Part shown: piece by piece, positions 1-11,562 of the stretch
Layout: each line of letters opens with the position of its first letter
Numbering within the stretch: the first letter of the stretch is position 1
Source: Heterodontus francisci
Lineage: Eukaryota
DNA: 64,000 nucleotides
Assembly: GCF_036365525.1 (NCBI RefSeq)
Contig: NC_090395.1
Location: 36,864,155 to 36,928,154, forward strand
Reading direction: 5' to 3'
The notes under the pieces: model-generated
What the model saw: the letters and a program-made list of their open reading frames with translations, nothing else
Told to the model about the DNA's origin: nothing
Databases searched by the model: none
Program-made: the position numbers and the translations under genes

Positions 1-286
1 TTCTTCTGGCGATCAAGGGTGTCAATCAAATAATCTACCTTACCCACTTTTTTGGTCACTCTGTATGAGACACTGAACTGTGCTTTTAATGGTTCTCCCT
101 GTAATGGTAACAAAACTAATACTTCATCCCCTGGTTTTATGGTAGGTTGTGGTTTTCCCACCATTTGACAGGTATGACATGTCCTACAAAATTGTCTCAC
201 ATCCTTTCTCACACCTGGCCAGTAACAATGTTGGCTTATGTGTGATTTGGTCTTCCGAATTGCCCTATGTCCTACAAAAGGATTAT
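1..286 (-). mobile_element. Gmr1-like Gypsy LTR retrotransposon A: integrase remnant (HHCC zinc domain joined directly to the GPY/F-like C-terminus)
   Basis: Manual minus-strand translation gives VGHRAIRKTKSHISQHCYWPGVRKDVRQFCRTCHTCQMVGKPQPTIKPGDEVLVLLPLQGEPLKAQFSVSYRVTKKVGKVDYLIDT. It continues the element at 4246-4805 across a CR1 insertion. Confidence 0.8.
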
Positions 287-3200
287 AGAGTCATAGAGTT
301 ATATAGCACAGAAACAGGCCCTTGGTCCATCGTGTCCATGCCGGCCATCAAGCACCTATCTATTCTAATCCCATTTTCCAGCACGTGGCCGGTAGCCTTG
401 TATGCTATGGCGTTTCAAGTGCTCATCTAAATACTTCTTAAATGTTGTGAGGGTTCCTGCCTCTACCACCCCTTCAGGCAGTGTGTTCCAGATTCCAACC
501 ACCCTCTGGGTGAAAAAATCTTTCCTCAAATCCCCTCTAAACCTCCTGCCCCTTACCTTAAATTCTATGCCCCCTGGTTATTGACACCTCCCCTAAGGCA
601 AAAAAGTTTCTTCCTATCTACCCCACCTTTGCCCCTCATAATTTTGTATACCTCAATCAGGTACCCCCTCAGCCTTCACTGATCTAAGGAAAACAACCCT
701 AGGCTATCCAGTCTCTCTTCATAGCTGAAATGCTCCGGCCAGGCAACATCCTGGTGAATCTCCTCTGCATGCTCTCCAGTGCAATCACATCCCTCCTGTA
801 GTGTGACAACCAGAAATGTACACAGTAGCTGCGGCCTAACTAGCATTTTATACAGCTCCATCATAACCTCCCTGCTCTTATATTCTATGCCTTTGCTAAT
901 AAAGGCGAGTATCCTATATGCCTTCCTAACCACCTTATCTGCCTGTGCTGCTGCCTTCAGTGATCTATGGACAAGTACACCAAGATCCCTCTGACCCTCT
1001 GTACTTCCTAGGGTCCTACCATCTATTGTATAGTCCCTTGCTTTGTTAGTCCTCCCAAAATGCATCACCTCATACTTCTCAGGATTAAATTCCATTTGCC
1101 ACTGCTCTGCCCATCTTACTAGACAATTGATACTGTCCTGTAATCTAAGGCTTTCCTCCTCACTATTTACGATGCTACCAATTTTCATGTCATCTGCAAA
1201 CTTACTGATCATACCTCCTATATTCATGTCTAAATCATTAATGTACACTACAAACAGCAAGGGTCCCAGCACCAATCCCTGCATAACACCACTGTCACAG
1301 GCTTCCAATCACAAAAACAACCTTCAACCATCACCCTCTGCCTTCTGCCAAAAAGCCAATTTTGGATCCAATTTGCCAAATTGCCCTGGATCCCATGGGC
1401 TCTTACCTTCTTAGCCAATCTCCAATGCGGGACCTTATCAAAATCCTTACTGAAGTCCATGGAGACTACATTAACTCATTTACCCTCATCTACACACCTA
1501 GCCATCTCCTCGAAAAATTAAATCAAATTTGTTAGACATGATTTCTCCCTGATAAAGCCATGCTGACTATCCTTGATTACTCCCTGCCTCTCCAAGTGGA
1601 GATTAATCCTGTCCCTCAGAATTTTTTCCAATAGTTTCCCTACCACCGATGTTAGACTCACTGGCCTGTAATTACCTGGTTTATCCCTACTACCCTTCTT
1701 GAATAATGGTACCGCATTCGCTGTCCTCCAGTTCTCTGGTACCTCTCCTGTGGCCAGAGAGGATTTGAAAATTTGTGTCAGAGCCCCTGCAATCTCCTCC
1801 CTTGCCTCACATAGCAACCTGGGATACATCTCATTTGGGCCTGGGGATTTATCCAATTTTAAGCCAGCTAAAACTGCTAATATCTCCTCCCTTTCAATGC
1901 TAATTTGTTCAAGTATATCACAATCCCTTTCCCTGATCTCTACACCTACATCGTCCTTCTCCATAGTGAACACGGATGAAAAGTAATCATTTAAAACCTC
2001 ACCTACGTCTTCCGGCTCCACACACAGATTGCCACTTTGGTCCCTAATGGGCTCTGCTCTTTCCCTGGTATCCTCTTGCCCTTAATATACTTACAAAATG
2101 CCTTAGGATTTTCCTTTATCTTGCCCACCAGTGTTATTTCATGCCCCCTCTTTGCTCTCCTAATTACTTTTTTAAGTACCCTCCCCCCCCACATTTTCCT
2201 CCACTGTTTTCAGCCCTCTAAATCTGCCATAAGCCTCCTTTGTTTTCTTTATCCAATCCTCTATATTCCTTGACATCCAGGGTTCCCTGGACTTGTTGAT
2301 CCTACCCTTCAACTTTATGGGAACATGTTGGCCCTGAACTCTCACTATTTCCTTTTTGAATGACTCCCACTGGTCTGATGTAGACTTTCCTACAAGTAGC
2401 TGCTCCCAGTCCGCTTTGGCCAGATCCTGTTTTATCAAATTGAAATCGGCCTTCCCCCAATTCAGTACCTTTATTTCCGGTCCATCTTTGTCCTTTTCTA
2501 TAACTACCTTAAATCTTAGAGTTCTGGTCACTATCCCTGAAATGCTCCCCGGCTGACACTTCTACCACTTGTCCGGCTTCATTCCCTAAGATTAGGTCCA
2601 GTATAGCCCATCTCTTGTAGGACTTTCTACGTGCTGGCTCAAAAAGCTCTCCCGGATGCATTTTAACAATTCCGTCCCCTTTAAACCTTTTGCACTAAGA
2701 CTATCCCAGTTACTATTCTTCTTCTTTGGCCTCCTTGTCTTGAGAGACAATGGGTAAGCGCCCAGAGGTGGTCAGTGGTTTGTGAAGCAGCGCCTGGAGT
2801 GGCTATAAAGGCCAATTCTAGAGTGACAGACTCTTCCACAGGCACTGCAGATAAAATTGGTTGTAGGGGCTGTTACACAGTTGGCTCTCTCCTTGCATTT
2901 CTGTCTTTTTTCCTGCCAACTGCTAAGTCTCTTTGACTTGCCATTCTTTAGCCCTGCCTTTATGGCTGTCCGCCAGCTCTGGCGATCACTGGCAACTGAC
3001 TCCCACGACTTGTGGTCAATGTCACAGGACTTCATGTCACGTTTGCAGATGTCTTTAAAGTGGAGACATGGACGGCCGGTGGGTCTGATAGCAGTGACAA
3101 GCTCGCTGTACATTGCATCCTTGGGGATCCTGTCAACTTCCATGCGGCTCACATGGCCAAGCCATCTCAAGTGCCGCTGACTCAGTGGAGTGAATATGCT

Positions 3201-4245
3201 GGTGATGTTGGCCGCCTCAAGGACTTCTGCGTTGGAGATACGGTCCTGCCACCTGATGCCAAGGATTCTCTGGAGGCAGCAAAGATGGAATGAGTTGAGA
3301 TGTCGCTCTTTGCTGACATACGTTGTCCAGGCCTCGCTGCCGTAGAGCAGTTAATATTGGGGAAGTTGAAATCCACTACTATTATTACTCTATTATTTTT
3401 ACACCTCTTGAGATTTGCCTACATATCTGCTCCTCCATCTCTCCCTGACTGTTTGGAGACCTGTAGTACACTCCCAGCTAACTGATTGCCCCCTTTTTCT
3501 TTATAAGTTCTACCCATATGGCCTCATTTGAGGAATCTTCTAAGATATCATCCCTCCTTACTGCAGTAATTGACTCCTTGATCAATAGTGCCACCTCCTC
3601 TTTTACATGCCCCCCTGTCCCGCCTGAAGATTCTATACCCTGGAATATTGAACTGCCAGTCCTGCCCTTCCCTCAACCATGTCCCTGTGATAGCGATAAT
3701 ATCATATTCCCATGTGTTAATCAATGCCCTCAATTCATCTGCCTTACTTGTGAGACTCCTTGCGTTAAAATAGAAGCAATCCAGCCTTGTATTATTCGCT
3801 TGTGCGTTAACAGGTCAATATTTGCTCTGCCTTCCAGACTTACCTAGTTTCTCTTCTATATTTGGCTGTGCATCACCCCCTACTGTACCTCCACTCTGTA
3901 TCCCATCCCCCTGCAAAATTTGTTTAAACACCCCCATCCCCCCAACATCACTAGCAAACCTCCCTGCAAGGATGTTGGTCCCGTTCCTGTTCAGATGCAA
4001 ACCTGTCTGACTTGTACAGGTCCCACCTTCACCAGAAACAGACCCAGTGATCCAGGAAACTAAAGCCCTTCCTCCTGCGCCATCTCTTCAGCCACACATT
4101 CGTCTGCTCTATCCTCCTATTCCTATACTCACTAGCATGTGGCACTGAGAGTAATCCAGAGATTGCAACATTTGAGATCCTGCTTTTTAATCTGCTACCT
4201 AGTTCCCTAAATTCTTGTTGCAGGACCTCAGCCCTTTTTGTCAAG
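287..4245 (-). mobile_element. CR1/HER1-like LINE, 5'-truncated within ORF1 (SGNH esterase-type), with decayed ORF2 (APE endonuclease + RT)
   Basis: ORF fragments include ORF1 'AISGLLSVPHASEYRNRRIEQ...FLDHW' and 'HLNRNGTNILAGRFA'; EN 'YDIIAITGTWL' and 'DFNFPNIN'; RT 'PGNYRPVSLTS', 'QGLVLGPLLF' and 'KFADD'. There is a microsatellite-like 3' tail (AACTCTATGACTCT) at ~287-300. Confidence 0.95.
2718..3347 (-). mobile_element. RTE-clade LINE 3' fragment nested in CR1
   Basis: 'LRWLGHVSRM...CSACGRVCHSRIGLYSHSRRC', an (AAG)n tail, and an 11-bp TSD CAGTTA(C/A)TATT at 2707-2717 and 3348-3358. Same family as 49181-50711. Confidence 0.93.
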
Positions 4246-4805
4246 TGCTATCTTAATAATCCTTGGCAATATTTAGGTGGTACAACAATCTGTTCAACAA
4301 CTGTCCAATCTTCGTCTGCAGGTCTATGAGGCATCTCCATTTCCTCTTCAAAAGCCTGTTTGCCATATAATAGCCTTCCAGAACTCCTTTCACCTCAGCT
4401 TCTGATCCAGCTGTCTGTGCTATTCGGTATATCTCTGGATTAGTTTGCTGTGCTGCAATGATAGATGATCTGTTAAACATCTCGTTTGGATTATCTAAAT
4501 CCCCAAATAAGGTTTCAGATACTTGGCTATCTATTTGTAGTGCTCCTTTTACCTCCGACAATGGATCATTTTTAGCCATTGTTCGGGTAACTACACACAC
4601 GGGAAATATTCCTGGAACTTGTTCCTGTAATTGCTCTGTTTCCTTAATTTCACTTGGTACCTCTGTAATTATAGGAGAAACTGATACTTTTGATCCAACC
4701 AAATCATTGCCTCAGAGAAGATCAATTTCCTTTACTGGCAAACTGTGGACAACTTCTACAGTTACTATCCCAGATATTAAGTCACTCTCTAGGCATACTT
4801 TATAC
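4246..4805 (-). mobile_element. Gmr1-like Gypsy element A: protease C-terminus and protease-integrase linker
   Basis: 'LESDLISGIVTVEVVHSLPVKEIDLL*GNDLVGSKV...FPVCVVTRTMAK...AAQQTNPEI...YYMANRLLKRKWR...QIVVPPKY', homologous to 6792-7325 of element B. Confidence 0.85.
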
Positions 4806-5736
4806 TGTTATGACTATGTGAGAAAGGTGTCTAGCGGTCCCTCTCAGCCTTCACCTGGTCTTACTGTAACAGGGTTTAATTTTAAACAGTGTTTAAAGCT
4901 CCCTCTTGGTGAATCCTTGTTCACCGCTTTCCAATTATAAGGCAAAGAAATCAGCACAAACAGGCTTTCTTGGGTTTAAAGAAGAAAAGTTGAAATTTAT
5001 CAAACTTAAACTTAAACTCTAATTTGGGTAATGCCTACAGATACATGGCGCGCCCACGCTAGTATGCAATTGATATTCACACATGCAAATAGAGACAGAA
5101 AATAGCAGAAGAAAAATGAAGTGGAAAAGTTTGAGGCAATATGTGAAGAGTTTTTGTTACGGTTCTTCAAGCTCACTGTAGAGTCCTTGATTGTAGGTAG
5201 ATCTTGCTTTTCGTTGGGGCCCAGATTTCTTCTTAAACCTTGTTCACTGTAGGATACGCGTTAGGGGTTCATGTGTCTTCAGTGGATTCAGAAGCTTGTG
5301 AGAAAGAGATGGGAGCAAGCAGACAGGAGAGGCTGTGGCAAGCCAGCCAGGAGAGATCTTCTCAGTCCAGGAGCATTCTGCTATTTTTCCAAATTGTTTG
5401 TACAAATTCAAAAAACTCAGGTTGCCCAGCAGGTTTGTCATGTGACTAGCTGGGTTGACCATGTCCGTTTGTGTATTCGGCCATCTTAGCAGTCAACCTG
5501 GAAAGCGAGCTCCCCCACCTTCAACGTCTGGTGATTAAAAGTCCATTATGGGTTGAATGTGTCAGGGAATAGCTGCTTTGTCCTTCCAAACACTGTCTGT
5601 TAATATGCAAATGTCTTTTCCAGCCATGGCTGATCTGTTTAACAAGTCCTTTCTTCACTCCAGTAACAGTTTAAAATCAATGTTCATGACAAAATTAATG
5701 TGCCTCATTCTTGGCAGGTGAGGGCCTAGCATGACA
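4806..5736 (-). repeat. 3' LTR of element B (~930 bp)
   Basis: Starts TGTTATGAC and ends CATGACA. Homologous to 9332-9762 and, inverted, to the solo LTR at 15188-17006. Confidence 0.9.
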
Positions 5737-7619
5737 CCTCCATACCCAGTGGAATGAAATGCGATTTGAGAAAAGGTGCATTTCATTAAAAACATCAAGA
5801 GAAAATAAAATTCAGAAAAAAAAATGCATTTCTCTTATTCATTCACAAATCCTAAAACTTATTAAAATCGCCCCTTTTTTGGCATCCCAATAAACATCTA
5901 GTTCTTTTTTGGGGATGTTTCTCTTCCCTTTGCCCATTTCCATGGCTGTCTAGGGTCTTTGTTCCAGCTGAGGTAATTTTTTTTAGGAGAATCAGTAGTG
6001 GGCGGGTCTATCCTGAACTCTCCTTCAGTGCTTTGCTGGGTCATGCGAAGGCTTTTGACTTTAGCGGGATGGGTGGTTTTCTCTTATTGACTGTGGGGAA
6101 GAATTCTTTGGTAATCTCCCCTTTGTCCTCTGGGACACTCCTGCCTGCAGGTATTTGTGCAGACTCTACTGCACTTTCCTGTGCTACTTCGACTATGGGA
6201 GGTATCTCCCTCACAGTTTCTCTGACCCTAGAGGTCTTTCTTTGTCTCTGCAGGTTCCTGTAAATGCTGTTAACAACTCTGCTGAGGTGCTTTTAGAGTC
6301 TGCATTTACATAGGAGGATGTGGCAACTAACTTTTCACAGTTTTCGGGGTTGGCTGGCCGGACAGTAGGGGTGTTCATCCAGAATTCTTCCCAGATTTGC
6401 TTTGACCTACCCTCTTGGTCACTTTTTCCCCTTCTCTTTCCAAACTTTTGCCAGCCGTGTGCCTGCCTGTCCCCTTCTGTTCTCGGCGGGGGTTCCTCAC
6501 AGTTCACCAGCCCTCTGCTGGAGGATCCTCCTAACACTGGTACAGGACTTAAGGGTGCAGCTTTCACTGTAGATTGGGGTTTCCCCTCATCCTGGCACGT
6601 TGAGGCAACTGCTGCAGTACTCCGCCACATCTTTGTGGAGTTTTGGCCAGTCAAACTGTTGTGTTATGCAGGCTTTGGTTTTTCGTATCCTGGCATGTAC
6701 AGCCATTGTAGTCTCATGGGCCTTTCTTAATATTTCTCTCCGGTACCTCTGCGGCACTACTAACTGGTGAACCACTGTCCACTCCTTGCCCTCACGTCTG
6801 TGAGGAGAACTCCAGTTCCTCATCATTCTTTAAATTGTAGCAATCAGGGACTCCCTCTGCTTCACTTTCAGACTGGGCAGCCTGTGCTAACTCTCGCAAT
6901 ACTGGGTCGGCTCGCTGAGCCTCAGCTAGAGAAAATCCATTTAATTCATTCCCTGGGTCTTCTAACTTTCCAAAGAAAATCTCAGACAGGCATACCTCAT
7001 GGTCATCTGCCTGCAGTACCAATGCAGTCTCCTCTGGGGGACCTGGTTTGATCATGGCCTGATTCACTACACATTCAGGGACACTGCAGGGGATTGTCTC
7101 CTGCCACTGCCCTGTCTCTCTGACCTCCTGTGGTCTTTCTTTCACTACTGGGGGAGCTACCACATTCACCCCCGCCAGCTCATTATCTAGGAGCAGGTCA
7201 ACCCTGTCCACAGGCAAACTAGGGACAGTCCCTGTGGTCACCGGTCCTGAAACTAGGTCGTACTCCAGGTGTATCCGGTGTACAGGTATGGGCATACACT
7301 GCCCTCCAATACCATTCACCATCATTTTAGTGTTTACTGCACTCTCTGGGGGAAAGATCAGGCTTTTTCACAGTAAACGGTATCTAGTGGCTCCTGTGTC
7401 CCTGAGAATTACTATGGGCTTGCTTGCCCCACTCGAGGGGTTACTTTCCCTTCAGATACAAAACCCTGATAACCTTCAGGAATCCTATTAACTTTTCCTC
7501 CACTGGCAGTAGTATGCTTCCTGGGTTGCACACACTGCAGTTAAAGCCACAGCTTGCTCTGCTGGGCTTTCCATCAGGGTCCCATCTTCACTGAGCGGGT
7601 GTGCCCTGATTAACACTAC

Positions 7620-9191
7620 ATGTTGTCCCTTTAGTTTCCAGCAGTTAGCTTTTAAATGCCCTGTCTTATTTCAATGGAAGCACATAGGTCTCCAGGTCTC
7701 ACTCTTGCTCACAGCACCTTCCTTTTTGGCTGGAGGAGGGCTCCCTGTGTCTCCTGCTTTCCTTTCTCTCCCAGGACTGCCTGGGCGGAAATCACCTTCC
7801 CACCCTTTGTCCTTTTCAGATTTGTGGGGTGATTAGGAAAGATTTTCCCCTGGGAAACCAACTTATAAATTAAAGCAAACTCATCGGCCAGAACGGCCAC
7901 TTGCCGGGCTCCCTGAACCCACTGTTCCTCTACTTGGGTCTTTATTGAGAGTGGAAGAGAGTTTTTAAATTCCTCTAACAGAATTACTTCTCTAAGATTC
8001 TCATAGCTGAGCTGTACTTTAAGAGCCCTCAGCCACTGGTCAAAAGACAGCTGCTTACTTTTTTCAAACTTCAGATAAGTGTGATTAGTTTGCTTCTTGA
8101 GGGTTGTAAACTTTTGGTGATAGGCTTTGGATACTAATTCATATGCTCCAAGGATAGCATTTGTGGTCAGTTCATAATTTGATGAACTTTCATCTGGCAA
8201 CAAGGAATAAACCTCATGGGCTTTTCCAGTTAGCTTGCTTTGTATTAAAAGAGACCAGGTCTCAGCTGGCCATTTTAGCTGCCTTACCAGTTTCTCAAAA
8301 GACACAAAAAAAGCTTCCACATCTTCCTCATTGAATTTTGGAATTAATTGAGTGAGTTTTAGCAATTTTGTACCCAGCCCTGAATTCTGCTCCTCCATAT
8401 TGGCCATGCTTTCACTGAGGTTACTCTGTTGCCCCCTAGTTAACTCAAGCCACTTCAACTATCTTTCTTCACATTCTTTCTGGAATATTCTTTCTTTCTT
8501 TCTGTCCTCTCTCTCTCGTTCCATCTCCTGTCTCTCTCTCTCTCTCTCTCTCTCTCCTGCCTTTCATTTTCTTCACGTTCCTTCTGGAAGGCTCTCTCTT
8601 TCTCCTTCTCTCTTCCCTCAAATTCAAGTTTCTTTTGTTCCAATTGTATCTTTGCTAGCAGTACCCTGTCTGGGTCTGCTTCTAACCCTGTTTCTCCTTC
8701 CTCAGATTCAAGGGAAAAATGGTTGGCCACTAGCTTTAGGAGTTCAGACTTCCTAGCCTTGCCACAGTGATCACACACTGCTCAGTCATTTTCCTCAATT
8801 CCTCCATAGACAGTGCTTTTATCTTATCCCAAGTTACTTCACCCTGGCTTTTTTTTTATTCATTCATGGAATGTGGGCATCACTGGCTATGCCAGCATTT
8901 ATTGCCCATCCCTTAATTGTCCTTGAGAAGGTGGTGGTGAGCTGCCTTCTTGAACTGCTGCAGTCCATTTGGGGTAGGTAGACCCACAGTGCTGTTAGGA
9001 AGGGAGTTCCAGGATTTTGACCCAGCGACAGTGAAGGAACGGCGATATAGTTCCAAGTCAGGATGGTGTGTGACTTGGAGGGGAACTTGCAGGTGGTGGT
9101 GTTCCCATGTATTTGCTGCCCTTGTCCTTCTAGTTGGTAGAGGTCGCGGGTTTGGAAGGCTTGGAGAGCTACTAGCTTCAGTTGCAAACAT
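7620..9191 (-). pseudogene. Decayed gag with coiled-coil N-terminus, SCAN-related capsid domain and zinc knuckle
   Basis: ATG at 9191 (MFATEASSSP|SQGEVTWDKIK, split by a LINE insertion). ORF 7709-8458 reads 'IPKFNEEDVEAFFVSFEK...LTGKAHEVY...LREVILLEEFKNSLP...LADEF'. Frameshifted. Confidence 0.85.
8851..9157 (-). mobile_element. CR1/L2-group LINE 3' end inserted in gag
   Basis: 'SFTVAGSKSWNSLPNSTVG...LQQFKKAAHHHL' followed by a poly(A) tail; TSD GGCTT at 8846-8850 and 9158-9162. A second copy is at ~38140-38385. Confidence 0.85.
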
Positions 9192-9331
9192 GTTAGTATT
9201 CAATCACACACAACCACAAGAAAACCTGTATTAATCTGGCTCTTTTTTTTATTGGGAACAATTTAGCTTCCCACTTCCAATTTCTCTTGTTTGTCTGTGG
9301 GTAAAATTCCAGATGCTAGCACCCAAATTTC

Positions 9332-9762
9332 TGTTACAACCAGGTGAGAAAGGTGTCTAGCGGTCCCTTTTAGCCTTCACCTGGTCTTATTGTAATAGGG
9401 TTTTGTTTTTTAAACACAGTGGTGTTTTTAGCTCTCCCTTGGTTAATCCTTTCCAATTATAAGGCAAAAAAACCAGCACACCATGTTTTCTCAGGTTTAA
9501 AGAAGAAAAGTGAAATTCCTGCAACAGCCAGTTAGTCATGTGACTAAACTGGTCTGACCACATCTGATGTGTATTGGGGAGCAGTGACTGGTTCCTTTGT
9601 TCCAACATTGCCTGCTAGCATGCAAAAAAGGTCTTTCTGGTGAGGGGCCTGGCAATTCCTTGTGATAGGCCCTCTTTTCTTCCCAGCAACAATTTTAAGT
9701 TTTAATGTTCATGTGGTGAAATATATGTGCCTCATTCTTGGCAGGTAGGCGCCTGCATGACA
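9332..9762 (-). repeat. 5' LTR of element B (~430 bp, internally deleted relative to the 3' LTR)
   Basis: TGTTACAAC...CATGACA; both termini are shared with 4806-5736. Confidence 0.88.
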
Positions 9763-10529
9763 TGAGGCTTTTCCTGAAGGAGAAAAAAATTGCAGGTCTG
9801 CTGTGTCTATAGCGTCAGACTTCAGCCATGCCCTGAGCTCGGTGCCTGCAGCACTGGCTTCCAAGCTGCAATCAGAGAGACTCCACCCGTGAAGCAATTA
9901 TGGTGGAAAATACACAATGCACAATGGCAATGCCGCTCTGCATCCGTGGTGTGAACTGATTCTGCTCGCTTTTCCCGAGACTGATTCCACTTGATTCCTG
10001 CTTTTTCTTGCCAGCCACCATCGAAATAACAGCCCTCTGTGTACTCATACACTCCTGAGCACCGAATTCAGAGGATGTTTGTCGAACCTGACAGTGTCAT
10101 GCTGTTGCTACCTCCAACAATTTGTCACATTGTCCTGTCTTTGATGGATTCTGGTGGGAGAGATCACTGATCCTGAAGTCTCTCTTAAGATCACTGTCCC
10201 TGTTGAACACTGTTGGTGAGCCTCTCTGCAGCACTGCTACTTTGATGCGTTCTGCTGCCTCCTCGCTGTGGTTTTCAAATACACATTGCCGGTACTGCTG
10301 CCACCATATTGTGTTATTGCTTTCTTCAGCAATAAGGTACCAAACAATCTTGAGCTAAATGGTAGTTAATGAGTGTGTTCTTTATTGTGAAGTAACTAGT
10401 TTACAAGACAGCTCTATTATACATGTATGACTGGTGACTAACATGACTCCAACTGAACTATCACATGTTGATGGATATCACTTACTGTGATGATATGTGA
10501 AGTACTTAAACTGTTAAAGTGATATCACA
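9763..10529 (-). mobile_element. Truncated small-LTR element: 220-bp 5' LTR (10310-10529), PBS and internal remnant
   Basis: TG...CA unit with AATAAA on the minus strand. Minus-strand TGGTGGCAGCAGT follows 4 nt after the LTR and resembles a tRNA-Leu PBS. No clear ORF in the internal part. Confidence 0.6.
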
Positions 10530-11150
10530 AAAGGGCCTGCCAAAGCACGTTGCCTTGCTGAGACTAGAGGTGATTTCTGCCTGCCTGGGTGGCTGCATGT
10601 GCTGTTAGTGGAAATGTTTGCTGCATTCCTCACAGTGGAAGGGCTTCTTGCCCATGTGGATCCAGCCATGGCTCAAGGTTGCCCGAGCTGGTGAAGGCCT
10701 TGATGCAGGTGGCCCACCTGAAGGGCCGCTGACCCGTGTGGACCCCACAGTGCCTGCTCAGACTCCCATAGGTGGCAAAGTCTTGTCTGTAGGCCTCACA
10801 GATGAAGAGCCAAGCCCTGGGTGCATGTCCTGGTGGACCTCCAAGTGGTTGGAGTGTAGGATGTGTTTGCTACAAGCCTCACAGCAGAAGGGCGTCTCCC
10901 CTGTGTGAACACGCTGGAGCTTACACAGGGCATCCAAATCAATAAAACCCTTCCCGCAGGCCAGGTAATGGAAGGAGGGGCTTCTTATCTGTTGGAATGC
11001 ACTGGTGGCTAGTAAGGTTGTAGTGGCGGGCGATGGAAGACCTTCCCACTTTTGCCAGACCGAAAGGGCCACTCGGCGTTGTGGCTGCTTCTGTGCCGCA
11101 ACAGCTTGTTGGATTTTAATTAACATTGCTGCCTTAAAGTAATGGTTTTG
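10530..11150 (-). pseudogene. Decayed C2H2 zinc-finger array (~6 fingers), copy A of a duplicated cassette
   Basis: 'CGKGF...QRVHTGETPFCCEACSKHILHSNHLEVHQDMH', 'HTGQRPF' and 'KPFHCEECSKHF' in shifting frames. Confidence 0.8.
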
Positions 11151-11219
11151 TCCTTGTTCCTTTTATTCTGAATTAGAGATTATCACTTCCAGAAGGAAAA
11201 CAAGATATAAAACTCAAAA

Positions 11220-11562
11220 GGGCGGCACAGTGGCGCAGTGGTTAGCACCGCAGCCTCACAGCTCCAGCGACCCAGGTTCAATTCTGGGTACTGCCTGTGT
11301 GGAGTTTGCAAGTTCTCCCTGTGTCTGCGTGGGTTTCCTCCGGGTGCTCCGGTTTCCTCCCACAGCCAAAAGACTTGCAGGTTGATAGGTAAATTGGCCA
11401 TTATAAATTGCCACTAGTGTAGGTGGGAGGGGAATATAGGGACAGGTGAGGATGTGGTAGGAATATGGGATTAGTGTAGGATTAGTATAAATGGGTGGTT
11501 AATGGTCGGCACAGACTCGGTGGGCTGAAGGGCCTGTTTCAGTGCTGTATATCTAAATCTAA
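11220..11562 (+). mobile_element. HE1-type (V-SINE) tRNA-derived SINE, full length
   Basis: A box TGGCGCAGTGG, B box GGTTCAATTC, central GTGTCTGCGTGGGTTTCCTCCGGGTGCTCCGGTTTCCTCCCAC, CR1-like 3' end GAAGGGCCTGTTTCAGTGCTGTA and a TCTAAA tail. Confidence 0.9.

Larger units (their letters stand above)
4806..9762 (-). mobile_element. Gmr1-like Gypsy LTR retrotransposon B, non-autonomous (gag, protease, partial integrase; no RT/RNase H)
   Basis: Two related TG...CA LTRs at 4806-5736 and 9332-9762. A purine-rich PPT-like tract (minus GGGTATGGAGG) abuts 5737. A degenerate tRNA-Pro-like PBS (minus TGGGTGCTAGCATCTGGAAT) lies just inside 9332. Also present: SCAN-like gag, a CCHC remnant at ~7640-7690, protease ILRDTGA at ~7390-7410 and integrase HHCC at ~6590-6720. 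Confidence 0.9.

Noticed and set aside
779-2556. Numerous plus-strand ORFs antisense to CR1 (also at 40926-41786, 60079-62748)
   Set aside because: Antisense shadows of LINE ORF2.
8500-8620. (CT)n microsatellite as an independent feature
   Set aside because: Encodes the Glu/Arg coiled-coil of gag on the minus strand.
10758-11126. Functional C2H2 zinc-finger gene
   Set aside because: Frameshifts and lost Cys/His ligands in both copies; treated as pseudogenic cassette.
11220-11300. tRNA gene
   Set aside because: The A/B boxes belong to the tRNA-derived head of an HE1 SINE; the same applies at 17860, 51470-51540 and 59033.
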